Position numbers and translations under genes: made by a program. Positions 10,937 to 21,521 of a DNA stretch of 64,000 bases are shown in pieces. The first letter of the stretch is position 1. Each line of letters opens with the position of its first letter. Source of the stretch: an uncultured Mycoplasmatota bacterium (lineage in GTDB: Bacteria > Bacillota_I > Bacilli_A > RF39 > UBA660). The stretch spans positions 13,929 to 77,928 of the forward strand of contig CASEIJ010000031.1 in the NCBI GenBank assembly GCA_949288035.1. Reading direction: 5' to 3'. The notes beneath the pieces are model-generated. The model saw only the letters and a program-made list of their open reading frames with translations, had not been told where the DNA came from and searched no databases.

Positions 10937-11452
10937 ATGTTACAAGTAAAAAAGAATACCTTTCAAGTACAATATATAGATATGAATTTCAGACAAAGAG
11001 TATATGAAAATGAAAGCATTATTTCTATTATGATGGATATTTCTTTCTATCCTAGAGAATTAGATGGAGAAATTGTTTCAGGAACATTTTCAGTACTAGT
11101 CGATACCAATCAAATTAAAACAATCAAAGATTTAGAAAATAAAACATTTAATCAAGAAGTAAAAGTTTCGGCAGCAATATCTAGAAATGGAAGTTGGGAA
11201 CATTATGATGCTTATGATGGTATCTTAACTTTTATGAATTGCAATCATAATCAGATTGATTTTCATTTAGAAAGTAAGAAAAATGAACTAGAACTAGATG
11301 GTACAGCGACTATGATTAGTCTCTATTCAACCAGTAGTAATGAAGAAACATTAAAGAAATATTTTCAAATGGATGATTTTTATCCAACACCAATTAAGAA
11401 GAAAATACAAAATCGTGAAATTTTAAAATATTATGTAAAAAACGAAGCATAG
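10937..11452 (+). CDS. Hypothetical protein
   Basis: 171-aa ORF, soluble, no recognisable motif. Tight spacing with neighbours. Confidence 0.45.
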   Translation: MLQVKKNTFQVQYIDMNFRQRVYENESIISIMMDISFYPRELDGEIVSGTFSVLVDTNQIKTIKDLENKTFNQEVKVSAAISRNGSWEHYDAYDGILTFMNCNHNQIDFHLESKKNELELDGTATMISLYSTSSNEETLKKYFQMDDFYPTPIKKKIQNREILKYYVKNEA

Positions 11453-11468
11453 AAAAGCAGGTGTAATT

Positions 11469-12095
11469 ATGAGTCAAAGAATGAAGAAAACATTGTTGTT
11501 TGGTTCGATTGGATTGTTTTTATTATTGACTCTTTTCGTAGCACTGAAGTTAACAACACCAATTGATACAACTTTCTCAAAATGGGTGTTCCAACTTCAT
11601 AATCCTGTTTTCACTGCTTTTTTTCGTTTTATTACTGATTTTGGATATATTCAGATTTTACTAATATTATTAGTGATTATACTGATTGTATTTCACAAGT
11701 ATCGATTTGCTTATATTTTACCAATTCATGTCACTATCTCTGTTATTTTTAATATGATTTTAAAAAATATTTTCGCAAGACCTCGTCCTGAGATGATTCG
11801 TTTAATTGATGAAGTAGGTTTTAGTTTCCCATCAGGACATGCGATGGTAACGATGGTAGCTTATGGATATTTAATATATGTTGTACACCATTATATTCAA
11901 CAGAAATGGTTAAGATATAGTCTGATTGCTTTCCTAGTTTTTATTATTGTCTCAGTAGGTCTTTCCCGTATCTATTTAGGTGTTCATTATCTAACCGATG
12001 TATTAGCAGGATATAGTATTTCTCTTTTCTATTTGTTAGTTGTAACAAAAATGAAGATTTTTTCACTAGGTGATCATCATGAAAGTATGGATTGA
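11469..12095 (+). CDS. PAP2 family phosphatase (phosphatidic acid phosphatase type 2)
   Basis: PAP2 motifs 'KNIFARPRP', 'PSGH', 'SRIYLGVHYLTDV'. Confidence 0.85.
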   Translation: MSQRMKKTLLFGSIGLFLLLTLFVALKLTTPIDTTFSKWVFQLHNPVFTAFFRFITDFGYIQILLILLVIILIVFHKYRFAYILPIHVTISVIFNMILKNIFARPRPEMIRLIDEVGFSFPSGHAMVTMVAYGYLIYVVHHYIQQKWLRYSLIAFLVFIIVSVGLSRIYLGVHYLTDVLAGYSISLFYLLVVTKMKIFSLGDHHESMD

Positions 12096-12513
12096 TGGGG
12101 ATGCTTGTCCTGATATTTCTGATATTTTAGATTTATGTCATCATTATCAAACCCCGGTATGTATTGTTTGTGATGATTCTCATGAATTTCAAAATACAGA
12201 AGAACTAAAAATAGTTAGTACTGGATTTCAAAGTGCGGATATGTATCTTTTAAATCATATTGAAAATCATGACTTTGTCATTACAGGAGACTATGGAGTT
12301 GCTACCATTGCTCTAGCAAAGCAATGTACCACCTTACATCCCAATGGAACATTTTATACAAAAGATAATATGGACCAATTGTTATTTCAAAGACATATGT
12401 ATAGTAAAATGAGAAGACAAAATAAAAAGACACCACATAGTAAAAAACGCAGTTCTGATGTTCGTTTACAATTTTTAAATCAAATTGAATCTGTTTTAAA
12501 GATGAGTAGGTGA
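12079..12513 (+). CDS. YaiI/YqxD family protein (UPF0178)
   Basis: 'KVWIDGDACPD' and 'DFVITGDYGVA' match the UPF0178 YaiI family. Confidence 0.75.
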   Translation: MKVWIDGDACPDISDILDLCHHYQTPVCIVCDDSHEFQNTEELKIVSTGFQSADMYLLNHIENHDFVITGDYGVATIALAKQCTTLHPNGTFYTKDNMDQLLFQRHMYSKMRRQNKKTPHSKKRSSDVRLQFLNQIESVLKMSR

Positions 12514-12517
12514 TACG

Positions 12518-14176
12518 ATGAAAACAGATATTGAAATTACAGAAGCATATCAAGGAATTCCTATTTCCACATTAGCTCAAAAATTAGGTATAGAACCTTA
12601 CTTTGAACCCTATGGAAAATGGAAAGGGAAAATTGATTTATCGCTTTATGATCAGTTGCAAGAAAAAGAAGAGGGGAAATTAATTTTAGTGACGAGTACT
12701 TCTCCAACACCGATGGGAGAAGGAAAAACAACGATGGTAATCGGCTTACATGATGCTCTTTGTAAGTTAGGGTATCATAGTTTAGCAACCCTAAGAGAAC
12801 CTTCTCTAGGACCAGTTTTTGGTATTAAAGGAGGAGCTACAGGGGGAGGTTATGCCCAAGTATATCCGATGGATGAGATTAATCTTCATTTTACAGGAGA
12901 TATGCATGCGATAACGAGTGCGAATAATCTTCTATCAGCAGCAATTGATAATCATATTTATCAAGGAAATGAATTACACATTGACGAAAATAAAATTGTT
13001 CATACTCGTTGTCTTGATATCAATGATCGTAATTTAAGAGAGATTGAAGTAGGGTGTGGGAAACAAGGCATTCACCATCGTGAACAATTTGTGATTACTG
13101 TTGCAACAGAACTCATGGCAATCTTATGTCTTTCTGATTCTCTTGCTGATTTAAAGAGAAGAATTGGAAATATGTTAATTGCCTATGATGTAGAGAATCA
13201 ACCGATTTATGTATCTGACTTACATGTAGAAGATGCAATGACGATTTTATTAAAAGATGCTTTAAAACCAAATCTTGTACAAACCTTGGAAGGAAATCCA
13301 GTCCTTATTCATGGTGGTCCATTTGCGAATATCGCCCATGGTTGTAATTCTTTATTAGCGACCAAACTGGCTTTAAAACTATCCGATTATGTGGTGACAG
13401 AAGCTGGTTTTGGCAGTGATTTAGGAGCAGAAAAGTTCTTAGATATCAAATGCCCAAAAGGAAATTTAAAACCACATGTGATTGTTTTAAATATGACAAT
13501 TCGCAGTATGAAGTATCATGGTGGTGTTTCTAAAGATCAGTTGGCACAAGAAAATGTAAAAGCGTTAGAAAAGGGAATGACCAATTTAAAAGCACATTTA
13601 GAAAATATGAGAAAGTATACAAGTCATGTTGTCGTATGTATCAATCAATTTCCGACAGATAGCCATAAAGAACTTTCTTTTGTTAAGAAAGCATTAGAGA
13701 CATTACATGTTCCTTATGCATGTTCTACTGCCTATCAAGATGGAGGTAAGGGATCTGTTGAACTTGCGAAAACAGTCATTCAATTGTGTCAACAAGAACC
13801 TGATTTTCACCCGCTATATGAGATGAATTTATCTCTTACCAAAAAAATAGAAACCATTGCGACAGAAATCTATCACGCAAAGAAAGTATGTTATCAAGAT
13901 GGTGTGTTAGAAAAATTAAAAGAATATGAAAATATGGGGGCAACATCACAACCTGTTTGTATTGCAAAAACACAATACTCATTTAGTGATGATGCGAAAA
14001 AACTAGGTGATCCACGTGATTTTGTAGTAGAAGTAAAAGATGTAAAATGGAATCGTGGAGCAGAATTTGTAGTAGTATATATGGGAAACATTATGACAAT
14101 GCCAGGACTATCTAAAAAACCTGCTATGACATCTATGCATATTACAAATAATGGACATATTACGGGGTTGTTTTAG
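12518..14176 (+). CDS. fhs: Formate--tetrahydrofolate ligase
   Basis: 'PTPMGEGKTT' nucleotide-binding motif, 552 aa, colinear with Fhs. Confidence 0.9.
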   Translation: MKTDIEITEAYQGIPISTLAQKLGIEPYFEPYGKWKGKIDLSLYDQLQEKEEGKLILVTSTSPTPMGEGKTTMVIGLHDALCKLGYHSLATLREPSLGPVFGIKGGATGGGYAQVYPMDEINLHFTGDMHAITSANNLLSAAIDNHIYQGNELHIDENKIVHTRCLDINDRNLREIEVGCGKQGIHHREQFVITVATELMAILCLSDSLADLKRRIGNMLIAYDVENQPIYVSDLHVEDAMTILLKDALKPNLVQTLEGNPVLIHGGPFANIAHGCNSLLATKLALKLSDYVVTEAGFGSDLGAEKFLDIKCPKGNLKPHVIVLNMTIRSMKYHGGVSKDQLAQENVKALEKGMTNLKAHLENMRKYTSHVVVCINQFPTDSHKELSFVKKALETLHVPYACSTAYQDGGKGSVELAKTVIQLCQQEPDFHPLYEMNLSLTKKIETIATEIYHAKKVCYQDGVLEKLKEYENMGATSQPVCIAKTQYSFSDDAKKLGDPRDFVVEVKDVKWNRGAEFVVVYMGNIMTMPGLSKKPAMTSMHITNNGHITGLF

Positions 14177-14181
14177 AAAGG

Positions 14182-15060
14182 TTGAATGTCATGAATGATG
14201 AAATATGGAAAGAATTAGGATATATTTTAGAATATATGAAACAAGATATGATACAACTAATTATAAAATTGTATTCTAATTCAACTTATAAAGTTCCTAA
14301 AAAAAGACGTTCTATTTATTTAGAACAAGAAAATGCCGAACAGTTATTTTTAGACTTTTTAAGAGCAAAATTAGGAGAAGAATATTATCAAATTGGAAAA
14401 CAAGCTTTACAAGATTATATTTTTCGTACAAAAGATGAACATGGGAAAAATTTTAAACGTTCTGGTCTAGATTGGAGTAAAGAGTTCTATCAAATTGAAT
14501 TAAATTATAATTTATCTGATGTAATTACTTATGCCCATGAATATACGCATTATTTACAAAAAGAAGAAAATACGACGATATTTATGCTAGGAGAAGCACT
14601 TCCTATTTTTATAGAACAACTTGCTACAATCTATTTAAAAGAGCAATTTCCACATGAACCACGTGTTTATCTATGTGATTTTGAACGTTACAAGTGGAAT
14701 GAGAGTTATATTGATAACGAGTATATTTGTCTTTGTGAGGAACATCTTTATACACATTATTCTTTATTATCCATGAGATATATTTTAGGGTTATTAATTG
14801 CTTGTAAGTTGTATCACGATTATTTGTTATCACCAAAAAGATCATTAGAAGAAGCAAAAGCATTCTTTCTGGCAACAGAAAAAAATCATTTTAATGAAGC
14901 AATGCAGGCAATAGGCTTAAATGTACACTATAAAAATTATCAATTATATTATTCAGATGATGTTATCAATGAATTAGTTCGAGGATATCAACAACATTAT
15001 CAGCAAATATTTCAAGAGTATCACGATTTAAATGCCAAGCGTTTAAAATTTTGGAAATAG
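14182..15060 (+). CDS. Hypothetical protein with HExxH motif (putative zinc metallopeptidase-like)
   Basis: 'AHEYTHYLQ' HExxH motif. No signal peptide. Confidence 0.4.
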   Translation: MNVMNDEIWKELGYILEYMKQDMIQLIIKLYSNSTYKVPKKRRSIYLEQENAEQLFLDFLRAKLGEEYYQIGKQALQDYIFRTKDEHGKNFKRSGLDWSKEFYQIELNYNLSDVITYAHEYTHYLQKEENTTIFMLGEALPIFIEQLATIYLKEQFPHEPRVYLCDFERYKWNESYIDNEYICLCEEHLYTHYSLLSMRYILGLLIACKLYHDYLLSPKRSLEEAKAFFLATEKNHFNEAMQAIGLNVHYKNYQLYYSDDVINELVRGYQQHYQQIFQEYHDLNAKRLKFWK

Positions 15061-15109
15061 AAAGAAGCAGTTTTGTTTCTTTTTTGATTGTGGGAAATTA
15101 TGGGAATTG

Positions 15110-15165
15110 ATTGACATATGACAAGTTGTCATGTTAAAATGAACAAGTATGACAATTTGTCATAT
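15110..15165 (+). promoter_or_regulatory. Promoter with twin palindromic TetR-type operators
   Basis: -35 'ttgaca' at 15110. Palindrome 'atgacaaGttgtcat' at 15118-15132. -10 'taaaat'. Second palindrome 'atgacaaTttgtcat' at 15149-15163, just upstream of the TetR gene. Confidence 0.7.
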
Positions 15166-15186
15166 GCTAATAGATGAGGTGATACC

Positions 15187-15804
15187 GTGCCGACACAAAC
15201 ATTTTTTCATCTTCCTAAGGAAAAACAAAAAACACTATTGAAAGCAGCAATCAATGAATTTACACAACATTCTTTTGAAAATGCTTCCATCAATCAAATT
15301 ATTAAAGAAGCATCTATCCCACGTGGTAGTTTTTATATGTATTTTCGCGATAAAGAAGACTTATATTTTTACTTACTGGATCAATCAAATACACATTTTC
15401 AAAAGCAACTTTTAATTACCGTTGTAAAAGAGCAGGGTGATTTATTTCGGACGTTTGAATGTCTATTTGAAGTAATTGTCGATTACTGTTCTAAAAAGAG
15501 TCATCGTTTATTTTTTAAACAAGTATTTGCCAATATCAACAGTCGTTCTGAAAAACGGTTATTCCCTGTAAAACCAAATGTTTTTGAACCTCAAAATACA
15601 TATAAATTATTTTTAGAACAAATTGATGTAAGTAAATTAAATGTTCAATGTGAAGATGATTTAGAAGAAATCGTTGGTTTATTATTTGGTATGACACTTC
15701 ATACACTTGTTTCTTCTTTTACATCAGATAAGACAAAAGAAGAAATTATGATTTCTTATCGAAGAAAATTAACACTATTAAGAGATGGTATGGAAAAGAA
15801 ATAG
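15187..15804 (+). CDS. TetR/AcrR family transcriptional regulator
   Basis: GTG start. N-terminal HTH 'SINQIIKEASIPRGSFYMYFRDKEDLY'. Confidence 0.85.
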   Translation: MPTQTFFHLPKEKQKTLLKAAINEFTQHSFENASINQIIKEASIPRGSFYMYFRDKEDLYFYLLDQSNTHFQKQLLITVVKEQGDLFRTFECLFEVIVDYCSKKSHRLFFKQVFANINSRSEKRLFPVKPNVFEPQNTYKLFLEQIDVSKLNVQCEDDLEEIVGLLFGMTLHTLVSSFTSDKTKEEIMISYRRKLTLLRDGMEKK

Positions 15805-15819
15805 AAAGGATTAGAGGTT

Positions 15820-18060
15820 ATGGTTCGAATTATAAAACACTTATGTAAATATTGGTATTCGGTTTTGATTGTCATTGCTCTTTTATTCGTGCAAGCAGCA
15901 TGTGACTTATCATTACCAGAATATACTTCTCGTATTGTAAATACAGGTATTCAAGAAGGTGGTATTGAAGATAATACACCAGAAGCAATTACTAAAGAGA
16001 GTTTTGAAGATATCTTACTTTTCTTAAACGAAAAAGATAGTAAATTTGTTCAAAATCAATATGAAGTTGTCTCTAAAAAAGATGCGACAGAAGAACAGTT
16101 AGAAAGCTATCCAACAGTGGAAAAACAATATATTTATGTGTTAAAAGATATTTCTAAAGAAAATCATGAAAAATTAAATCAATTATTGCAAAAACCATTA
16201 ACATATTTATTATTATTTAGTGGTGATACTGAAGAAGGAGCAAAAATTGAAAAACAAATTATCAGTAAGCTACCGGAACAACTATCATCTATTCCTGATT
16301 TGACAGTCATGAAATTATTAGAAATGGTGCCACAAGAACAACGTCAGGAAATGATGAAACAATTAAATCAAAAAATGAAAGATATGCCAGACACAATGTT
16401 AGAACAAAGTGCCATTCAATTTGTGAAAACGGAGTATCAACGATTAGGAATGGATACCGATCGTATTCAGACGAATTATATTTTTGTATCTGGTTTAAAG
16501 ATGTTAGGTTTAGCACTCATCTCTATGTTTGCAACCGTCATGGTTGGATTCCTAGGTTCTCGTATTGCTGCTAGACTTGCACGTGATCTTAGAAATCAAG
16601 TATTTAAGAAAGTAGTTGATTTCTCAGAAAGCGAGATGAAACAATTCTCAACAGCTAGTTTAATTACACGTAGTACGAATGATATTCAACAAGTCCAAAT
16701 GTTGTTAGTATTCTTACTTCGTACAATCTTCTATGCACCAATTATCGCCATTGGAGGAGTTGTAAAAGTACTAGCAACAGGTACTGGTATGGCATGGATT
16801 ATTGCCGTAGCAGTTATGGCAATTGCGACACTTGTTATTATCTTATTTGCAATTGCTATGCCAAAATTCAAACGTGTTCAAAAATTAATCGACCGTTTAA
16901 ATTTAGTAACACGTGAAATTTTAACAGGACTTCCTGTTATCCGTGCTTTCGCTAAAGAAAAACACGAAGAAGCACGTTTTGATAAAGCCAATAAAGACTT
17001 AAAGAACAATCAATTATTTATCGTTCGTGTCATGGCAACCATGATGCCACTTATGATGTTTACAATGAATGCGATTGCCGTATTAATCGTGTGGGAAGCT
17101 GCCAAAGGAATTGATAGTGGTGTTATGCAAGTTGGTGACATGATGGCATTTATTCAATATACAATGCAAATTATTATGTCATTCTTAATGATTTCAATTG
17201 TATCAATTATGCTTCCACGTGCCATTGTCAGTATTGGACGTATTGATGCAGTATTAAAAACTCCATTTACAATTTTAAATCCAAAACAAAAAAAGGAGAC
17301 AACAGAAGTAGGAACAGTTGAATTCAAAGACGTTTCATTCCGTTATCCAGACTCTGATGGATATATGTTACATCATATTAACTTCAAAGCGAATAAAGGA
17401 GAAACAGTTGCCTTTATCGGATCAACTGGTAGTGGTAAATCAACATTAATTAACTTAATTCCACGTTTCTTTGAAGCAACAAAAGGAGAAGTATTAGTCG
17501 ATGGAGTCAACGTAAAAGACTTAGATCAAAAAGATTTACGTGATAAGATTGGATATGTTCCTCAAACCGGTGTACTATTCTCTGGTACCATTGCTTCTAA
17601 CTTACGTTATGGAAAAGAAGATGCCAGTGATAAAGAAATCCAAGAAGCATTAGATATTGCTCAAGCATCTGAATTTGTAAGTAAGTTACCAAAAGGACCA
17701 GAAAACCCAATCAGCCAAGGTGGTACGAATGTCAGTGGAGGACAAAAACAACGTTTATCCATTGCTCGTGCAGTAATCAAAAAACCAGAAATTTATATTT
17801 TTGACGATAGCTTCTCAGCACTAGATTTTAAAACAGATGCAGCACTTCGTAAGGCTTTAAGAGAAAAGACCAAAGGAAGTACTATGTTAATTGTCGCACA
17901 ACGTATTAGTACGATTATGAATGCAGATAAGATTGTCGTATTAGATGATGGTAATGTCGTTGGTACTGGTACACATCAAGAATTGTTAAAATCATGTGAT
18001 GTATACCGTGAAATCGCATTATCACAATTGTCAAAGGAGGAATTAGATTATGAAGGGTAA
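15820..18060 (+). CDS. ABC transporter ATP-binding/permease protein (exporter half-transporter A) with large extracytoplasmic insert
   Basis: 6 TM helices plus NBD with 'GSTGSGKST', 'LSGGQKQRLSIARA' and Walker B 'IYIFDD'. About 190 aa hydrophilic insert between TM1 and TM2. Confidence 0.85.
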   Translation: MVRIIKHLCKYWYSVLIVIALLFVQAACDLSLPEYTSRIVNTGIQEGGIEDNTPEAITKESFEDILLFLNEKDSKFVQNQYEVVSKKDATEEQLESYPTVEKQYIYVLKDISKENHEKLNQLLQKPLTYLLLFSGDTEEGAKIEKQIISKLPEQLSSIPDLTVMKLLEMVPQEQRQEMMKQLNQKMKDMPDTMLEQSAIQFVKTEYQRLGMDTDRIQTNYIFVSGLKMLGLALISMFATVMVGFLGSRIAARLARDLRNQVFKKVVDFSESEMKQFSTASLITRSTNDIQQVQMLLVFLLRTIFYAPIIAIGGVVKVLATGTGMAWIIAVAVMAIATLVIILFAIAMPKFKRVQKLIDRLNLVTREILTGLPVIRAFAKEKHEEARFDKANKDLKNNQLFIVRVMATMMPLMMFTMNAIAVLIVWEAAKGIDSGVMQVGDMMAFIQYTMQIIMSFLMISIVSIMLPRAIVSIGRIDAVLKTPFTILNPKQKKETTEVGTVEFKDVSFRYPDSDGYMLHHINFKANKGETVAFIGSTGSGKSTLINLIPRFFEATKGEVLVDGVNVKDLDQKDLRDKIGYVPQTGVLFSGTIASNLRYGKEDASDKEIQEALDIAQASEFVSKLPKGPENPISQGGTNVSGGQKQRLSIARAVIKKPEIYIFDDSFSALDFKTDAALRKALREKTKGSTMLIVAQRISTIMNADKIVVLDDGNVVGTGTHQELLKSCDVYREIALSQLSKEELDYEG

Positions 18061-19849
18061 AAAACAAGCACCAAGTTCTGATAAAGTAAAAGACTTTAAA
18101 GGAACTTTAAAGCAACTTGCACATTATCTATCTCCTTATAAATACTATATCTTTACAGTTGTTTTATTTGCTATATTAAGTGCAACCTTTTCAATTATTG
18201 GACCAAAAATCATGGGAAAAGCAACAACGGAGATATTTAATGGTTTAGTTAGTAAAATCAGTGGTGGAAGTGGAATCGATTTTTCTAAAATTGGTCGTAT
18301 TCTAATCTTCTTATTATGCTTATATGCTGTCAGTGCAGTATGTAATTTTGTTCAAAATTTTATTATGTCTGGAGTCAGTCAAAAGATTGCCTATGGACTA
18401 AGAAAGTCTATTAGTGAAAAATTAAATCGTTTACCAATGAAATATTTTGACCATAAAACACATGGAGAAATTCTAAGTAGAGTTACAAACGATGTCGATA
18501 CAGTAAGTTCTAACTTAGATCAATGTATGACACAGATGATTACTTCAATTACAACCTTAATCGGAGTTGTCGTCATGATGCTTACAATCTCTCCATTGAT
18601 GACATTAGCAGTCTTAGTAATTATTCCAATTGCTTTAATTTTACTGGCATTTATTGTCAGCCATTCTCAAAAATATTTCGAAAGACAACAAGAATATTTA
18701 GGCCACGTCAACGGAAAAGTAGAAGAAGTATATGGCGGGCATAACATTGTAAAAGCATTTAATGGAGAAGAAGAAGCAGTAGAAGAATTTAAAGAGTTAA
18801 ATCAAACACTTTATCGTTCTGCATGGAAGAGTCAATTCTTTTCAGGAATTATGATGCCTCTTATGAACTTCATTGGAAACTTAGGATATGTTGTCGTTTC
18901 TATTTTAGGTGGATATTTTGTAATTCAAAATAAAATCACTGTCGGAGATATTCAAAGTTTCATCCAATATGTTCGTAATTTTATGCATCCACTTTCTAAT
19001 GTTGCCCAAATTGTTAACTTAATCCAAGCAACGATTGCAGCAGCTGAAAGAGTATTTGAATTCTTAGGAGAAGAGGAAGAAGTGAAAGAAACAGAACATC
19101 CTGTATCTACAGAAAACTTAAATGGCAATGTAACTTTCTCTCATGTTCAATTTGGATATAATCCTGATAGAACAATTATCAAAGACTTTAATGCAACCGT
19201 AAAACAAGGTCAAAAAGTAGCTATTGTAGGTCCTACAGGAGCTGGAAAAACAACTATGGTAAAACTATTAATGCGTTTCTATGATGTCAATCATGGTAGC
19301 ATTCAAATCGATGGCCATGATATCAAAGACTTTAAACGTCAAGATTTAAGACGTATGTTTGGAATGGTATTACAAGATACTTGGCTATTTTCAGGTACAA
19401 TTGAAGATAATGTTAAATATGGTAAAATGGATGCGACATTTGAAGATGTAGAAAAAGCTTGCCGTGAAGCGCATGCTGATCATTTTATCAAAACACTTCC
19501 AGAAAGTTATCACATGGTAATTAATGAAGAAGGAAATAATATTAGCCAAGGACAAAAACAACTTTTAACCATTGCCCGTGTTATTCTTGCCGATCCTAAA
19601 ATCTTAATCTTAGATGAAGCAACGAGTAGTGTTGACACAAGAACAGAAGAATATATTCAAAAAGCAATGGATGAATTGATGAAAAATAGAACAAGTTTTA
19701 TCATTGCTCATAGATTATCAACGATTCGTAATGCAGATTTAATTTTAGTCATGGATCATGGTGATATTGTGGAACAAGGAAATCACGAAGAATTATTAAA
19801 GAAAAATGGTTTCTATGCGAAATTATATAACTCACAATTTGAAGAATAA
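18050..19849 (+). CDS. ABC transporter ATP-binding/permease protein (exporter half-transporter B)
   Basis: TMD plus NBD with 'GPTGAGKTT', 'SQGQKQLLTIAR' and 'ILILDEATS'. Overlaps the upstream gene, so a heterodimeric exporter. Confidence 0.85.
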   Translation: MKGKKQAPSSDKVKDFKGTLKQLAHYLSPYKYYIFTVVLFAILSATFSIIGPKIMGKATTEIFNGLVSKISGGSGIDFSKIGRILIFLLCLYAVSAVCNFVQNFIMSGVSQKIAYGLRKSISEKLNRLPMKYFDHKTHGEILSRVTNDVDTVSSNLDQCMTQMITSITTLIGVVVMMLTISPLMTLAVLVIIPIALILLAFIVSHSQKYFERQQEYLGHVNGKVEEVYGGHNIVKAFNGEEEAVEEFKELNQTLYRSAWKSQFFSGIMMPLMNFIGNLGYVVVSILGGYFVIQNKITVGDIQSFIQYVRNFMHPLSNVAQIVNLIQATIAAAERVFEFLGEEEEVKETEHPVSTENLNGNVTFSHVQFGYNPDRTIIKDFNATVKQGQKVAIVGPTGAGKTTMVKLLMRFYDVNHGSIQIDGHDIKDFKRQDLRRMFGMVLQDTWLFSGTIEDNVKYGKMDATFEDVEKACREAHADHFIKTLPESYHMVINEEGNNISQGQKQLLTIARVILADPKILILDEATSSVDTRTEEYIQKAMDELMKNRTSFIIAHRLSTIRNADLILVMDHGDIVEQGNHEELLKKNGFYAKLYNSQFEE

Positions 19850-19854
19850 GACTC

Positions 19855-19887
19855 AGAAGTACAACTGCCATGTTGTACTTCTTTTTC
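19855..19887 (+). terminator. Rho-independent terminator
   Basis: 'agaagtacaac'/'gttgtacttct' stem followed by 'ttttt'. Confidence 0.6.
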
Positions 19888-19932
19888 GTTCGTGTTACAA
19901 TAAGAATAGAGAAAATAAGAAGGGGTATTGAT

Positions 19933-20532
19933 ATGTTTCAAGGTCGTAATTATAAAGAACAAGAAGTAGAGATTCTTCATCCATATGAAATGGAAGATAT
20001 CGTAGAAGAAGATTCTACTATTACAAAAGAGAGTTCTAAAAGAGAACATAAATTGTTACTACCGGTCATTTTATTTTTATTAATTGTTGGAATTGGTGGT
20101 TATTTTATGTTAAATGCTTTTGGCTTTTTTGGTGTCAGTAAAACACTATGTACTAAACAAGAAACAAAAAATCACATATCAATCCAAGATCAATATCAAC
20201 TTTCTTTTGAAAACAACTTATTAACTTCTTTTACTTATGAAAACTCTATGCATTTACCAACATCTCCATCGGGGACAGATCGCTATCGTTTCGAGAGCCG
20301 TAAGACGGGGTTGGTGTTTCAGTCTAATAAAATTAAAAATCAATCTGGAGTTGATGTTTCTTCTGAAGTGTTTGATACTTCTTATCATTTACTGGTAAAA
20401 GTACGATTAAAACAAGTCAATAATGCAATGGTACCAATGATTGATCATGAAACAGATATGTTGGAAATGGATATGCAGAAAAAAGATGTTTTACAAATGA
20501 TGAAAGAAAATGGATATCACTGTCAAGGATAA
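19933..20532 (+). CDS. Hypothetical single-pass membrane protein
   Basis: ATG preceded by 'aaggggt'. One TM helix 'LLLPVILFLLIVGIGGYFML'. Confidence 0.45.
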   Translation: MFQGRNYKEQEVEILHPYEMEDIVEEDSTITKESSKREHKLLLPVILFLLIVGIGGYFMLNAFGFFGVSKTLCTKQETKNHISIQDQYQLSFENNLLTSFTYENSMHLPTSPSGTDRYRFESRKTGLVFQSNKIKNQSGVDVSSEVFDTSYHLLVKVRLKQVNNAMVPMIDHETDMLEMDMQKKDVLQMMKENGYHCQG

Positions 20533-20642
20533 TGATTAAAAATTGGTTGACACCTTTTTCTTTTTTTTGTGTCAATATAGGAAACAGATTTGAATAGAAT
20601 ATGGTATAATGTATTCGTTTACGACTTAGAGGAGATGGTATT

Positions 20643-21455
20643 ATGTTATATTTACAAGTCATTATTTTAGGAATTATACAAGGAATTGCAGAATTTTTGC
20701 CAATTTCTTCTAGTGCTCATTTAATTATATTCCGTGATATTTTTGGGATTGGTAGTTCTATGGGAGCAGATATTACAATGGCCTTTGATATTGCGCTTCA
20801 TTTAGGAACGTTACTAGCAATTGGTTTATTCTTTTTTAAAGACTTCATCAACATTTTAGTGAATGGATTTACCAAACCGAAAAGTAAAGATGGAAAATTG
20901 ATGTGGTTTATTTTACTTGCATGTATTCCAGCTGCTATTTTTGGTATTCTATTAGAAGAAACGATAGAGAATGCACTACGTGGTAATTTCGCATTAATTG
21001 CCTTTGCTCTGATCTTTATGGGAATTATTATATATTTATGTGACTATTATTTCAAACAGAAAAAAGGATTTGAAGAAATGACTTGGTTGGATGCTCTTGT
21101 CATCGGTTGTGCGCAGGTTTTCGCATTAATTCCGGGTTTTTCTCGCAGTGGAACTACCATTGCTGCAGCACGTGCTAGAGGAATGAATCGTGAAGATGCT
21201 GCTAAATTCTCATTTTATTTATCAGCACCAGTCGTAGCAGGAGCAGTATTACTTACATTTTTAAAAGATTCTACAATGACTTTGATTCAAGCCAATATAG
21301 GAATCTTTGTACTTGGTGTATTCATATCTTTCTTAGCTGGATTGATCTGTATTAAATTTTTATTAAAATATTTAAAATCACATGATTTTAAAATATTTAT
21401 GTGGTATCGAATTATTTTAGGTATTATCGTGTTACTTTGTTTATTGGTAATGTAA
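20643..21455 (+). CDS. uppP: Undecaprenyl-diphosphate phosphatase
   Basis: 'EFLPISSSAHL' and 'PGFSRSG' UppP/BacA motifs. Upstream extended -10 'tggtataat'. Confidence 0.9.
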   Translation: MLYLQVIILGIIQGIAEFLPISSSAHLIIFRDIFGIGSSMGADITMAFDIALHLGTLLAIGLFFFKDFINILVNGFTKPKSKDGKLMWFILLACIPAAIFGILLEETIENALRGNFALIAFALIFMGIIIYLCDYYFKQKKGFEEMTWLDALVIGCAQVFALIPGFSRSGTTIAAARARGMNREDAAKFSFYLSAPVVAGAVLLTFLKDSTMTLIQANIGIFVLGVFISFLAGLICIKFLLKYLKSHDFKIFMWYRIILGIIVLLCLLVM

Positions 21456-21521
21456 AACATGAATTTTTCATGTTTTATTTTTATAATTTATAGTATAATA
21501 AAAACAGGGTAGGAGATTATT

